The translations under genes were made by a program, and so were the position numbers. This document shows, one piece after another, positions 1 to 11,810 of a DNA stretch of 64,000 nucleotides. Below the pieces are notes generated by a model. The model was not told the origin of the DNA, searched no databases, and was given only the letters and a program-made list of their open reading frames with translations. The stretch's first letter is position 1. Every line of letters starts with the position of its first letter. Origin of the DNA: Takakia lepidozioides. Its lineage: Eukaryota; Plantae; Bryophyta. The stretch spans positions 88,102,001-88,166,000 of the forward strand of contig CM060731.1 in NCBI GenBank assembly GCA_030704615.1. Reading direction: 5' to 3'.

Positions 1-2053
1 TCCGGCATCACATCCTGGTATTTCTCCAGGATCCCCTTGGTCTGGGCTTGGCTCCCTATCGTATTTTCCTTCCACTTGTCTTACGTAAAGCAAAAACTGG
101 CTCCTGAGCTGAAGAGGAACATCGAACGCCAACCTCGTCGCCAATTGTGGTTCTCCTTTGGCAGAACGCACTTCAATGGAGGCCCCCACATCACTTGTCG
201 GGAGCCCAAGCTTCCGTGCCGTTGCCGGTGTCATGAAGGAGTGCGACGCTCCTGTGTCCACCAACAACGACACGTTAGTTCCGGAAATTATCCCACACAC
301 GAACATTAACTGACTCCCTTTACGCAAGGGGCCAGTCTCCTGATACAACTCACAAGAGTAGTTGCCTACCTTGCAAGTCTTGGCAACCACCACTTCCACC
401 AAGCGGCTGATGGAATCTTCGGACAGCTCCGTGGTTGCCCGAGTCATGTTCAATTGACGGGGCTTCGCGCACTTCTTAGCCATGTGCCCGGGCTCCCCGC
501 AATTAAAGCACACTCCATCGAAGGTCGCCTTTTGTCTGCTATAAGCCATCGCACCTGATTTTTCTTTCGGAGCACCAGGTGCCGCCTTGACGTGCGAAGG
601 CCCTCCCTTTGATTTCCATGTGCCATTGTCGCCGTGTGGCCTATCCCACTTCTTTTCCGGTTGGAAGGAGTCACCCTCCCGCCGAGTCTTCTTGTAGTTC
701 AGCTCCGTACGGCCTTGTCTTTTGTCCCTAGGGACATCCGAGAAACATTCAGCCCTTTCAATTGCCTCGTTCAAAGTCTTAGGTGGCTTCTCCTCCAACT
801 TCCGCCTGGCCCATGGGGCCAGTCTCGCCACAAAGTTGAAGACCATTTTTGGTTCCGCCATATCCGCGACTTTGAGCAATAGCACATTGAAAGCCTGAAC
901 ATATCCCCGAATGTCATCCGTTTGCTTCAAATTCCTCATCTTGTCCCGGGTGAGCCAGGACGCGTTGAGGGGCACAAACTGTCTTTACATAAGTTCCTTG
1001 AACCCACTCCAGCTCAAGGTTTATGGGTTTGGACCTTGGTCATGAAGGCGTTTTTGCCACCATTGCTGAGCATAACCCCTCAAATAGGTGGGAGCCACTT
1101 CCACCCGATCCTCATCACTCAACTTGGCCGCCCGGAAGTAGTGCTCTAGCTCCAAGAGCCAGGTGTTGAGTGCCTTCTGATTGCCGCTTCGGTGACACGT
1201 CGCCCCCACCGGGCTCACCAAGATCATCATCTTTCGGGCCGTTCCGCTTTCATTTTGTCTTGCCCAACCCCATGATGAGGCCGATCTCAAGGATGATCGC
1301 GTACTGAACTCTAAGCTCTGATACCAAGTGCCGTGCACCTCACTTCGGTAAGCTCCCCTTCAAGTCATAGTTACTCGCTTTTGATGCACGCGCCTAACTC
1401 CCAAACTGGCCGTCGGGCCAACTCGGAGCTTCGGCTGCTGACAGGGACATAACGGTCCCCCTTTACTCCTCCACAAGACCCTCACTCAATTTGGGCCTAG
1501 TGGAAATTCCCTTTGGTTGTTGGCAGTCCGGAACAACTCCCCACACCTTGGTCGCTTTCCGGCTCGCACGCTTACTCACTAATTTTTGGTCACCAACGGG
1601 CTTGCACCGTTCTCGGGGTTACTACTCCCTATATATCTTCTGTGACTGTCCGCGGGGGTCTCACAAACAACCCAGTAAGTTTTTATGGCAACCGCCACAA
1701 AAACCCTCGATTCCCGGTGATGAGTCGCGGTGAGTCTTGGCCCACCCACCACGGCCCATTGGACCGTGATGAGTCCCAAGACTCCCCACGACTCCCACCA
1801 CAAGGTCTCCGCCCCATGGTGAGTCCTATGCCACTCCCACTAAGACCCACTTAGCTACCACCACCCTTCGTTTAACCACCCCCACAGCAGCCCGGTGTGT
1901 GGGGCTCCACCTAGTGAGCGCCTCTACCTCCTTGAGTGCCTGGGGCACTCAAGGGTGCTTCAGCCCCCGTACCTATTGTTGCCACTGTCCCCATCATAGG
2001 GGCAGCCCCTCTTGTGTCCCGACCCCCTGCCCTCAAGGCAAAGGGCCGCGACA
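1..2053 (-). mobile_element. Ty3/Gypsy chromovirus copy A: 5' LTR, PBS and internally deleted gag-protease; continues off the left edge
   Basis: LTR 1329-2053 matches LTRs at 16240, 28072 and 37114. PBS revcomp GCTCTGATACCA at 1315-1326. Gag (LNTWLLELEHYFRAAKLSDEDRVEVAPTYLRGYAQQWWQ), Zn knuckle CFNCGEPGHMAKKC and protease LLVDTGASHSF read on the minus strand. Deletions relative to copy B near 110 and 1185. Confidence 0.9.
1329..2053 (-). repeat. 5' LTR of Ty3 copy A (~725 bp), inserted into the 3' end of the hAT transposase
   Basis: Begins TGTCGCGGCCC on the minus strand at 2053 and ends next to the PBS. The hAT ORF 1911-2771 reads into it. Confidence 0.9.
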
Positions 2054-4480
2054 AGCTGGATCGGTTTTGGCATTGTGGTGGAGCTGGTCGTATCGGTGAG
2101 ACATGTTCTCGTCCCGTCGACTGTACAATGGGTTCGGCACCATCGTTTGTATGAACAGGGTTGCGTACGTCGCTCGGTCCTGGTAGTTCATCACCCCTGA
2201 GCTCCATTGGGGCACTGCCGGTGGCTTCAGCGTGTAGTGGGGGACGAGGGTCGACCCCAACTTCATTCTGAGGACCATGTTCTAGGGAGGATACAATTGC
2301 AGCTTCACCTTCATCTGCGATACATACTTCCTCAAGAAGGTCATCAAAGGTCGGCTGGATATAGGCATCCTTCTTTGTGAACGTAAACGGATTATACGCA
2401 TTGTGAGGAGCATCATCGGACCCATCTCCACTATCGGAGGCAGATGACTCCCTCTGAGACTCAGTATCGTCACTCGTCGAATCTACCTTAGAAGCAAAGT
2501 CTTTGGAATGTAAATTCCTCTCATACCATGCTGCAGCATCATTCGCTGCTCTCTCACATAGCAGTCGGTAATTGGTATACACATACACCAATTTGTCAGC
2601 CCTCGCGGGATTCAACCTGTTGCGAATCTTGTTGTGAACAAATGAGTAATTGCTCCAATTGCGTTCGCAAGATGAGGCAGAGCACACTTGGGCAAGAATA
2701 CGCTTTGCAATGGGAGCCAATGTTCTTGCTCCAGCTCCAATCAAATATTCCCACCATTCATGTGACAACATATTGAGCTATTTTGGATCCGATATGTCCT
2801 CAAAAAGGTCGCGGCGATCTGAGAAGCATTGGTACTCGGATATAGCTATCTTTGTCATGTTTGGCGGAGCCAGTCGCATGAGCACTCGCACGAGGCCGGC
2901 CTTGGCATCAGCGTTGTCGAGCAGCATGGTATTGTCGAGCAAGAATGGATTGAGCAAAGCCCCCGCATAATGCAAGTCCGTTCGAACCATCGACCATGAG
3001 GATGCATTTTACCACCGTCGGTCGATGGTTCGAACGGACTTGCTGATCAGCACTGTCCACAAGTTCAGGTTCCAAGGAGAAGGGAGGATGCCTCAGGGAT
3101 TGGACATGCTTCTCAAGATTTTGCATTAATAACCATGTCTTGCCCATTACTGGTTGCTTTCCATCAAACTCCCGCAAGACGATTAACACCGGCTCTACCA
3201 TATAAACAAAGTTTTCACATTTCTTCCAAAAATCATCTGCGAATGTTGTCCCGAACTTTTCGACTTTTGCCCAATGACTTGGCTTTTTTAGAGTCCCGCA
3301 ATGTCTGTGTGTACGCATCCCATTAAGGATCGATGATGGTGTGCTCTAGACTGCTCTACACCGTCACCAACCGATCCACCATCAAGAAGTGGCAAAACGA
3401 GTTTCGCCTGGATTTCGGAGGTTGTATTTGGGTTTGTGCCTCCTATATATTGCCAAAGGGATGTGGTGTGTGCGGATGAATGACACAACGGTCTTCGCTC
3501 ACTTGACAAGTTGTTTCATCCACTGTTCTTTTCCCCAATCTTCCAAAAGAAGGTCAAGGATATAAGCAGCATAGCCTTGATAGTACATATGGGGATAACG
3601 TGCCAATAACATGTCTGTAGTATTTCTTATGTTAGCGGCATTGTCTGTGCATATTTGCACGATTCTATCACTTCCGACCTATTCGATGAAGTCCGTCAAT
3701 AGTTGGCATTGATAACGTCCATCTTTCTTCTCGCCGCTAGTGTCCACCGATCCCAAGAATTGTTCCCAAGCTGGACATACAAGCATGACATTGAACAATG
3801 GTCTGTTTATAACAGAACTCCAACCATCGGCACATATAGTGCTTCCATATTTTCTGATGCACTCGCCCGTCCTATCGTTGACCTTTTGGGTAAGCTCGGT
3901 CATGGCGTCTTCTAGCAATCCTGTGCGGAGATTGTGATAAGTCGGAGGCACGTACGTGGATCTGGACTCCGAGGTTGCTCTAACGGCAGAAACAAATGCC
4001 GGAAGCCTTGCCACATTAAATAGTATGTTGGCCTCGAAGAAAAATTGTGCCCATTTTTTATCCAACTCTCTTTTCGCAGACAAGTTAAGACCTTTCTACA
4101 TGGATTGCTGCCGTAATCCTCTACTCCATTGAAGTGTAAGGGTACAAAAAGGTATTGAAGCAGGTGTTGCTCCGGCACAACTCATTTGTCCAAGGACACC
4201 TGAAGCCTCACAAGAGTCGCTTTGGGTACTAATTGGGGCATCTTGACGAGAAGATGGAGTGTTCTGCTCAGAGGGTCATGTCCAGATCCAGAGACATTAG
4301 AATATTGCCTTCACACTGGGCAAAGTGACTTTTTATCCGCACAGATGCTTTAGGGCATAAACCCACCCCGACGCTCTTCACACCTCTATAGCCGAGGTGA
4401 GCGAGCAACGATAAGAAAGCTTCAGTCCACATAGGTTGCACTCAACACTGCTAGTGGCACTGACAATGTTCGGGATTACC
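2054..4480 (-). pseudogene. hAT-superfamily transposase (BED finger remnant, DUF659-like core, C-terminal dimerization domain), frameshifted
   Basis: ORF pieces STICADGWSSVINRPLFNVMLVCP (3679-4083), FWKKCENFVYMVEPVLIVLREFDG (2908-3318), LHYAGALLNP (2778-2990), EWWEY...ILAQVCSASSCERNWSNYSFVHNKIRNRL (1911-2771). LLAHLGY near 4390-4410. Element termini not found. Confidence 0.88.
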
Positions 4481-4930
4481 GTATACCAAGGGCTCCATTC
4501 CTCCCTCATCTTCACCCAATATCCACTCCCCTTGGCCCTAGTGATATGAGCAACAAAAAACAGTCACCTATAAATGAACGTGTTGTGAATGTAGAGTGCA
4601 ATGCGATAGCCAACACTTCTACACCTGTTACCAACCCAAGTGGGTCGATGCGGGTTGTAGTGTTGAGCTTATACACAATGTGCTGAAGTGGCTTTGGTGG
4701 AAGCCACAATGACAAAAGATGCGCACCTTCCTCTTGGGCTATACTCTCGTTGAATAGAAGAGAACATCCAAAGCAACCTCAAGTGTTTGCGCAAAAAGAA
4801 GTGAAGAGCTTGTTGACCCTGCTCCCTTATATATGCTCCAGGAAGGATGAAAGTGAAATGAATAAATGACGAACCAATAGCGCCCACCCGAAAAAAGCGG
4901 TACAACCATATTTGTTATAATTTTAAAATT

Positions 4931-5143
4931 AAGCGACCGCTAATACTGCGGGTCGTTATTTTTATTTTTTATAAAACACAAGCGACCGCCACTATTGCGG
5001 TCGCTTTTGTTTCCTTTCATTTTGTGTAATATTGCGGTCGCTTCTACTTTGTATATTTTTAAATTTAAGCGATCGCCCGTACGACGGTCGCTATTATTTT
5101 TTATTTCAAAATATAATACGACCGCCGGTATAGCGGTCGCTTC
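4931..5143. repeat. Array of AAGCGACCGC-n-GCGGTCGCTT palindromes in AT-rich spacers (one fragment of a split array)
   Basis: About 5 palindromic units at roughly 50-bp spacing. Same motif at 32947-33350 and 35600-35870. Confidence 0.85.
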
Positions 5144-5148
5144 ATTTG

Positions 5149-8100
5149 TTTAATCCTTTCTTCCAAAAGTCCTCGGAGTACCTGTTCCAAGATGGCAAAG
5201 CTTGCAGTCCTTCCACAGGCTCTCCATCTGGAATATCCAAGATGATCATATCGCAAGACCAATCGGTGGAATTTCCGCCCCTCCTGCAATCCTTGTCTGC
5301 ACACACCCTCTCAAAGAACGAGACCATCTTCAGAAACCCGGGGTGTCGGAAGGCTCTTCGGCAGCCGCCTTCTTCAATGCTCTGCTCTTCAGACCCTCCA
5401 TGGTCTTCATGTATGCCAACTTGGCTGCCCGTCCATCCAAAGCCGCCAAGAAACTCTCATTCACACACTGGACTACTATATCGGGATCCACTTTCGGCCT
5501 CTTCATTTCCACCGGCTCGAAAGGGTGCCCCCCCGGGGGGTTGAAGAGTGTCTTCTTTGCCGAGCCAATTCTCGTCCCTCTCGTGACAACGGTGGGCACA
5601 GGGGATTTCGGCTGCGTCTCGGGGGGTGGGCTGGTTGCAAAGTCTCCATCGGAGTCCTCTTCCTCACCCTCTACCTGCACTATCTGTTTCTGCTTCTTTG
5701 TTTTCTTGGGTGTCACAACTGCTACTCCTTGCTGGCGAGTCCGCTTCTTCGACCCCTTCGACCCCTGCACAGCTGCATCCACCGTTTTCTGTGCCATCTC
5801 AGCTGCCTTTCTGGATTGTTCCAGAGCAGCAGCTTCCTTTGCCGACTCTGGCTGAGCAGGGACACGTCTTTCCTTTCTTCTCTTCTGCTTTCGCGCGTGC
5901 AGATCTTTCTCAGAGTCGTCAACAATTCCGCCAGACATGTCCAGGTACCACGGGCATCCAACCAGATGTGCGGCATGCCATTGTTTCTGCTCGGGTGTGT
6001 AGACACAGCTTGGGCCCACCACGGTCCAAGCCATGAAGAACGGGGGCTCTTGAGCCAGGGCCCCTGTCTGAAGAAGCACGTATTTCATATACCTGCAGGG
6101 CAGTCAGCATGCGTGAGCAAAAGTTGAGACCAACGTACTCGCAGAGTGCAACCGAAAACATAAAATGCGAATGCGGTGCCGCATTTCCCAGACAAACCTC
6201 ATTACCAGGCTTTGCGTACAAGGACAACTGGGCTTCACCTGTAAACAATTCACATTGCAGCTTTTCCCGCTCCCTCCTGATATGTAAACTCCACGCTCCT
6301 TCTTGATGTCTGTAGCTCCCTGGCGAAGAGGTTGTCCTTGTAAGCACATCTGAAACGTGTCACGTAGTCTTCCAATGTCTGTGTTCCATCCCATTTGACG
6401 TACAAGCCGAACAAATTTGTATGCATTACGACTTGCTCCTTCGCATTCGTCATTACCTGCGATTCCCACATGCATTGTCACGTAGCAGTTCAGGGAATTC
6501 ATTTCAGAAAAGCAACTCTGGGGAAGTACCTTGAATTACCTGGAACCACCAAGTCATGCGGTTGAGCCACACATCCACTGCAGGGTTGGAAAGTGGAAAA
6601 GACCACATTGTCCTTATACTCTCCGATGCATTCCAGATCGACAGCCACCGTGTCTGCCATTTCCGATCCAATGTCAGGAGCAGGAAGAAGAGTGGCTATT
6701 GCTAGGAAGGAACTTCAGTGAATTGAAACATCACCTTCTCTTTCGCTTCAACACATGCCGTTGAGAGGTGATGCAGTTTCTCCAACTGCATGGTCGGCTG
6801 CATGGGCCCGAGAATAGTGTTTTGCAATCTCGGGGATGAAGTCCTTTCCAAGTGCCGGATCTGCAATGGCCACCAGCTTCACAAGCTTTGACTTGTATTT
6901 CGTTCTGGACTTGACCCCGGCTTCCTTCAAGTGCTCAGTCAATGACTGCAACGTTTTGACCTGCCCCTCACTTTCCATGAAGAAGCGTTTGGCATGGGCC
7001 AAATCCAGCTTGATGTTTGACTGCCAACAAAAACATGCAGAAGCGTTACATTCGATTCATGTGGAAAGATTACCGGAAATTGGGGAAGGATGAGCAGAGG
7101 GGAATGGGAGGACGACTTACTTTGTATATCACCTCCACCATTCCATCCATAGTGAGACGATACCATGTCCGGTCAGTTTTTGCCACGGCTTTCTGAATGA
7201 GCTCGGGTTCCAGCATTTCCGCGAACATGTGCGGATCAGTGAGACCAGTTTTCCTTACCCTGTACAGCATATGTGCCATGGGTATGCACGTACGCATTTT
7301 CAGTGACCCTGCAAGGCACACTCTCCAGTTCATACCACGGAAGCACCGAAACAAAACAGATTGGAAACCGAAATGTGGCACCGCATTTCGAACGTGGTTG
7401 GGAGGGTATGAGTATCTTACGAGTTGAGGTCCGCCATGGCATTCTTGAGCAGGGAGGAATCTGCCGCCTTCACCTTGAGGATGACACACTCCACCATGTA
7501 ATGCCAGCCAATGTGCTTGGCATGGTTCTGCTGATGTACTCCCACCAGGCGAGAAGTCGGTGATTCCCGTCCCACACAAAGAACATTTTACCCGACATAT
7601 GGCCGAAGTCGGGATCACCCTTCAGGGTTGCCTCGAATTCGTCGTTGCGAGTGTGCCAGTGGGTATCCCATGTTGACAATTCCTCCGCAGTGGGTCCACG
7701 AGATTCGCCGTCCTCATTCTCAAGGGAAACGTAGAAGGCTGGCGAACCTAGACAGTACCCTTCTCGAAATGCGAACTTGAGCTTATCCACATCTCCGGGA
7801 AGTGCCTGCCTTACGATGGGAAGGGAGACCATGCGACAGAGTGGGATTCGAAGAGTCCGCTGGAATACCCTGCTGCCCAGAACTCTGCCAATGCTACTAT
7901 GTGTCTCCTCCAACATTGTATCCGCTGCACTTTGGAATTCCTCCGGAAACATTTCTGCTGGTGGCGGCAGGGGCTGAGCAGCTTGAGCATCCCCAACTGG
8001 AGCTGCACTCTGGGGAATCTTTGCAGACAATTGTGCAATTGCAGAGGCCTTCAGTGGTCAGGTCTTCCTCAACTGTGGTCAGGTCTTGCTGAGAACGTTG

Positions 8101-8825
8101 AGAGGCAGCACCCTCCTCCGGTACCAGATCGACGGTCGATCCCATTGGTTTCGCTGCAGCAGGTTGGAAATCAAGCAGGAACTGGGCTTCAGCTCGTGGA
8201 ATCGGTTTTGCGGGAGACAGCTCTGCCCTCCCCCTGATTGCCTTGTGCTTCCTCATTCTTGCAGGTGAAGGTGTCTGCTGCAATTGAATCTACTTCATTC
8301 GCCTGGGTGGGGGGGAAACGGCCTGGTCCGGTTCAGAAACAAGTTGAAGGACGGGCTGCTTCTTCTTCATCTTTGCTGGAGAAGGGCTAGACCCCTGCTG
8401 GCGATTCTCCATGACCTTTGAAGGCGAGTCGCTCTCTGGGGCTTTGAACTGCAAAGACTTGGCCTTGGAAGCCGCGTCCTTGAAACGCACAGGGCTAGGA
8501 CCGGCAGGAAGACCCGTGCTCGTGGATTGGCTGGGTGTGCGTGCTACAGCTAGCTCCACGGACTCTGCCTGCGGCTCTTCGGATTCCTGCGATCCCTCCA
8601 GCACATCCACCTTTCCGGTTAGGCATGCAAACATCTTCTGCAGTCAAGTCTCCTAGCATACAGTCTAAGAATTGCAGAAGAAAAATGAGGCGGGTTTCGG
8701 TGCTCGATCAGCTGGCGAATCCCGATAGCACGGAGCTCTCACTGGTGGCTGGTTGCCTGCGTGGCCTGATGCTGCGAGATGGCAATCTCCTCCTGTAGAC
8801 GCATCTGCTTCCTCCCCTTCGGCAT
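5149..8825 (-). pseudogene. 5' part of a multi-exon ParB/Srx-like domain + beta-class amino-DNA-methyltransferase fusion gene (frameshifted)
   Basis: ATG 8825 (MPKGRKQMR). ParB-like RIPLCRMVSLPIVRQ...MFFVWDGNHRLLAWW in 7470-8030. GT-AG introns join the ORF pieces. K/E-rich region 5330-6088. MTase catalytic-strand motif CDMIILDIPDG in 5142-5327. Breaks at TTTAA 5149-5153. Confidence 0.72.
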
Positions 8826-9179
8826 TGGCCTACGTCCGAAGTACAATTTTCGGAGCTTGCGACGATGTCTCTTCTCTGGTGCACGGACCCCCTCCCTCTC
8901 AGGTTCGAGCATAAGAAGAAAAGAGACAGGGAAAAGGGGCGAAGAGTGCAGATGGAAAGGGTGCGAGAGGGGTGACTGAGGAGACACGACAAAAGCAGAT
9001 GAAACGGCGGTGATGCAGCACTTGGGTTCGAGAGGGTTGGAGGAAAGTGTCTCCTCGTGGACTTTGCGTCATTACAAAATTTGAATCGTTCAAGATACGC
9101 CTGCCGTCCAAAAAACAAACATCATTATCCAACGGTCAGGCAGCGCCGCCTCATGCCACTTCAAACAGATAGAGTGCAG

Positions 9180-11062
9180 ACATGTGCCGCAATTCCGTTG
9201 CTCCACGTGTTCAAATTTGGAGTTGGGGTGAAAATGCGAATGCGGCGCCGCATTTCCGTTAAGTACCATCACGAAGCTACACATCCGTGCTTGTTGGAAG
9301 AAAATGCGGCACCGAATTTCCGTTCCACCTTCACATACCTTAGTTGTTGAACGGAAATACGGTGCCGCATTTCCGTCCCACAGCTCCATGTATGAGATAC
9401 AAAAGGGAAATGCGGCACCGCATTTCCGTTCCACCTTCACATACCTTAGTTGTTGAACGGAAATACGGTGCCGCATTTCCGTCCCACAGCTCCATGTATG
9501 AGATACAAAAGGGAAATGCGGCACCGCATTTCCGTTCTGGAATGTCGAAACGTGCGATCCGGACGGAAATGCGGCACACGTTTTCAGTTCCCGGGGTTCA
9601 TGATTTTCAATCTGAACGGAAATGCGGTACCGCATTTCCGTTCCCCCTTCACATACCTTAGTTGATGAACGGAAATGTCGTGCCACATTTCCGTTTGGGA
9701 AGGTATAGAGGTCTCAGCTGAACGGAAATGCGGTGCCGCATTTCCGGTCTGGAAAGTTTGAAGGTCTCACATGGATGGAAATGCGGCACCGCATTTCCGT
9801 CCCACAGCTCAAGGCCTCATATACAAAACGAAAATGCGGCGCCGCATTTCCGTTCTAGAATGTCGGAAGTTGCGATGCATTTCTGTTCTTGCTTTTGACG
9901 ATTTTCAGTCAGAACGGAAATGCGGTACCGCATTACCGTTCTGTAGAGTATTAAGGTCTGACCCTGGCGGAAATGCGGTGCCGCATTTTCGTTCCAAAGC
10001 TCTATGCCTCACATACAAAACGGAAATGCGGCGCCGTATTTCCGTTTTGGAATGTCGGAAGGTGCGACTCCGACGAAAATGCTGTACCGCATTTCAGTTC
10101 CGATGTTTCACGATTTTTCATAAGAACGGAAATGCGGTGCCGCATTTCCGTTCTTGAGAGTATGAAGGTCTCACCCGGGCTGAAATGCGATGCCGCATTT
10201 CCGTTCTAGCTTGTGAGGGAGGTGCGACTCGGATGGAAATGCGCTGCCGCATTTCAGTTCCGATGGTTCACGATTTACAGTCAGAACGGAAATGCGGTAC
10301 CTCATTTCCGTTCTGGATAGTATGAATGTCTGAAGCGGTCGGAATTGCGCTGTCTCAAGCGATCGGAATTGCACTCGGCTCCATGCATCAGATACAAAAC
10401 GGAAATGCGGCGCCGCATTTCCGTTCTGGAATGTCGGAAAGTGCCACTCGGACGGAAATGCGGTGCCGCATTTCTGTTCCCGTTGTTCATAATTCTCAAT
10501 CAGAACGGAAATGCGGTACCGCATTTCCGTTCCACCTTCACATACCGTGCTTGCTGGATGGAAATGCGTTACCGCATTTCCGTTTTGGAGAGTATGAAGG
10601 TCTCACCCGGGCGGAAATGCGGTGCCGCATTTCCATTCTGGAATGTCGGAAAGTGCGACTCGGACGGAAATGCGGTGCCGCATTTCTATTCCCGTTGTTC
10701 ATAATTCTCAATCAGAACGGAAATGCGGTACCGCATTTCCGTTCCACCTTCACATACCGTGCTTGCTGGATGGAAATGCGTTACCGCATTTACGTTCTGG
10801 AGAGTATGAAGGTCTCACCCGGGCGGAAATGCGGTGCCGCATTTCTGTTCCCTTTGTTCATGATTCTCAATCAGAACGGAAATGCGGTACCGCATTTCCG
10901 TTCTGGAGAGTGTAAAGGTTTCCCCCGGACGGAAACTCGGTGCCGCATTTCCGTCGCTCTGGTGCATGACCAATACGCAATACGGAAATGCGGCTCCGTA
11001 TTTCCGTCCAGCAGCAATCGAAAGAATCACTCCGGACGGAAATCTGAAACCTCATTTCCGCA
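9180..11062. repeat. 53-bp-period array of the palindrome CGGAAATGCGGYRCCGCATTTCCG with 29-nt spacers of about 5 recurring types
   Basis: Core positions 9304, 9357, 9410, 9463, 9516, 9569, 9622, 9675, 9728, 9781, 9834, each exactly 53 apart. More than 30 units. Confidence 0.95.
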
Positions 11063-11441
11063 TGCTGAACCTGAATGGGTTGCATTGTTCCGAAACAACA
11101 GAATTGCGGCCAGTCTTGATGAGCACAACTAGGTTGTCTGACCGTTTTAACTATCAGTCCTGGCACTTGTCAGTGCGAATGCTCCTGTCCGTACCGAGAA
11201 TACTGCTGGATCCACCCTCAGGAGAAACTGTCAGGAGATGTTATTTCGTCGCCGATTCGGCCATCATTGTCTAACTTACTGGCTATGGAATCACACCTCC
11301 CACCTTCATGCTTGTAGCTTGAAACTATACTTTCCACTTCAATGTGCGACTTCCAATCGTCGATGGACTCCGCATGGTGCCTGTGAGCCTTCGTCTGTCG
11401 CTATACTGAACCTCGCACTTGCCAACTTCGTGCGGTGTTCG

Positions 11442-11810
11442 ATGGCTCCGAATTCCTACGCTATAGTTTGCTGTCCTCCGCAACTTGGGAGAGCCTGGAT
11501 CCCAAACGAGGGAGGACTTTGCAGAGTGACTGAAACTTACCTTTGTTCTAAATTCAAGCTCAAACCGGGCACAATTTACTTGGAAGAAGAAAGGAAGGAT
11601 GTTCCTGGACAGGTTGACGAGACCATTGTCGTGCTAGGTAACGACGGAGGTTGCGGAATCGAATGGCACGTACCCCCATCAGACACCATCCTATACCAAG
11701 CTATGGGAATGCCCATTCCCTTTCCGAATCAATTGCTGCCCACACCATCCACAAAGGAGTCCGGAAACCGACAGGCGGCCACTGCCAACAGACCGACAGG
11801 CGGCCACTGA
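11442..11810 (+). CDS. Truncated ORF, possibly the N-terminal ubiquitin-like 'header' domain of a TE gene; cut by the duplication at 11809
   Basis: MAPNSYAIVCC...LCSKFKLKPGTIYL...WHVPPSDTILYQAMG. Weakly resembles the N-terminus of transposase ORF 49855-51108 (FPLELGSLLV...WRVLPGTYRVIG). Confidence 0.4.
   Translation: MAPNSYAIVCCPPQLGRAWIPNEGGLCRVTETYLCSKFKLKPGTIYLEEERKDVPGQVDETIVVLGNDGGCGIEWHVPPSDTILYQAMGMPIPFPNQLLPTPSTKESGNRQAATANRPTGGH

Noticed and set aside
1491-2200. ORFs inside LTRs (also 16159-16597, 28216-28786, 37146-38003)
   Set aside because: GC-rich LTR sequence with no recognisable domains.
5149-5153. piggyBac-type TTAA insertion
   Set aside because: No matching terminal inverted repeats or piggyBac transposase next to either TTAA junction.
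5146-8800. Bacterial contamination as the source of the ParB/MTase motifs
   Set aside because: The gene has spliceosomal introns and is interleaved with plant TEs.
9180-11062. CRISPR array
   Set aside because: It has palindromic repeats and equal-length spacers, but the spacers recur as a few types, no cas genes are present, and the context is a plant TE.
9057-11274. ORFs rich in GNAAPHF / RKCGAAFP / EMRCRIS (also 30262-31566)
   Set aside because: They are translations of the palindrome in all six frames.
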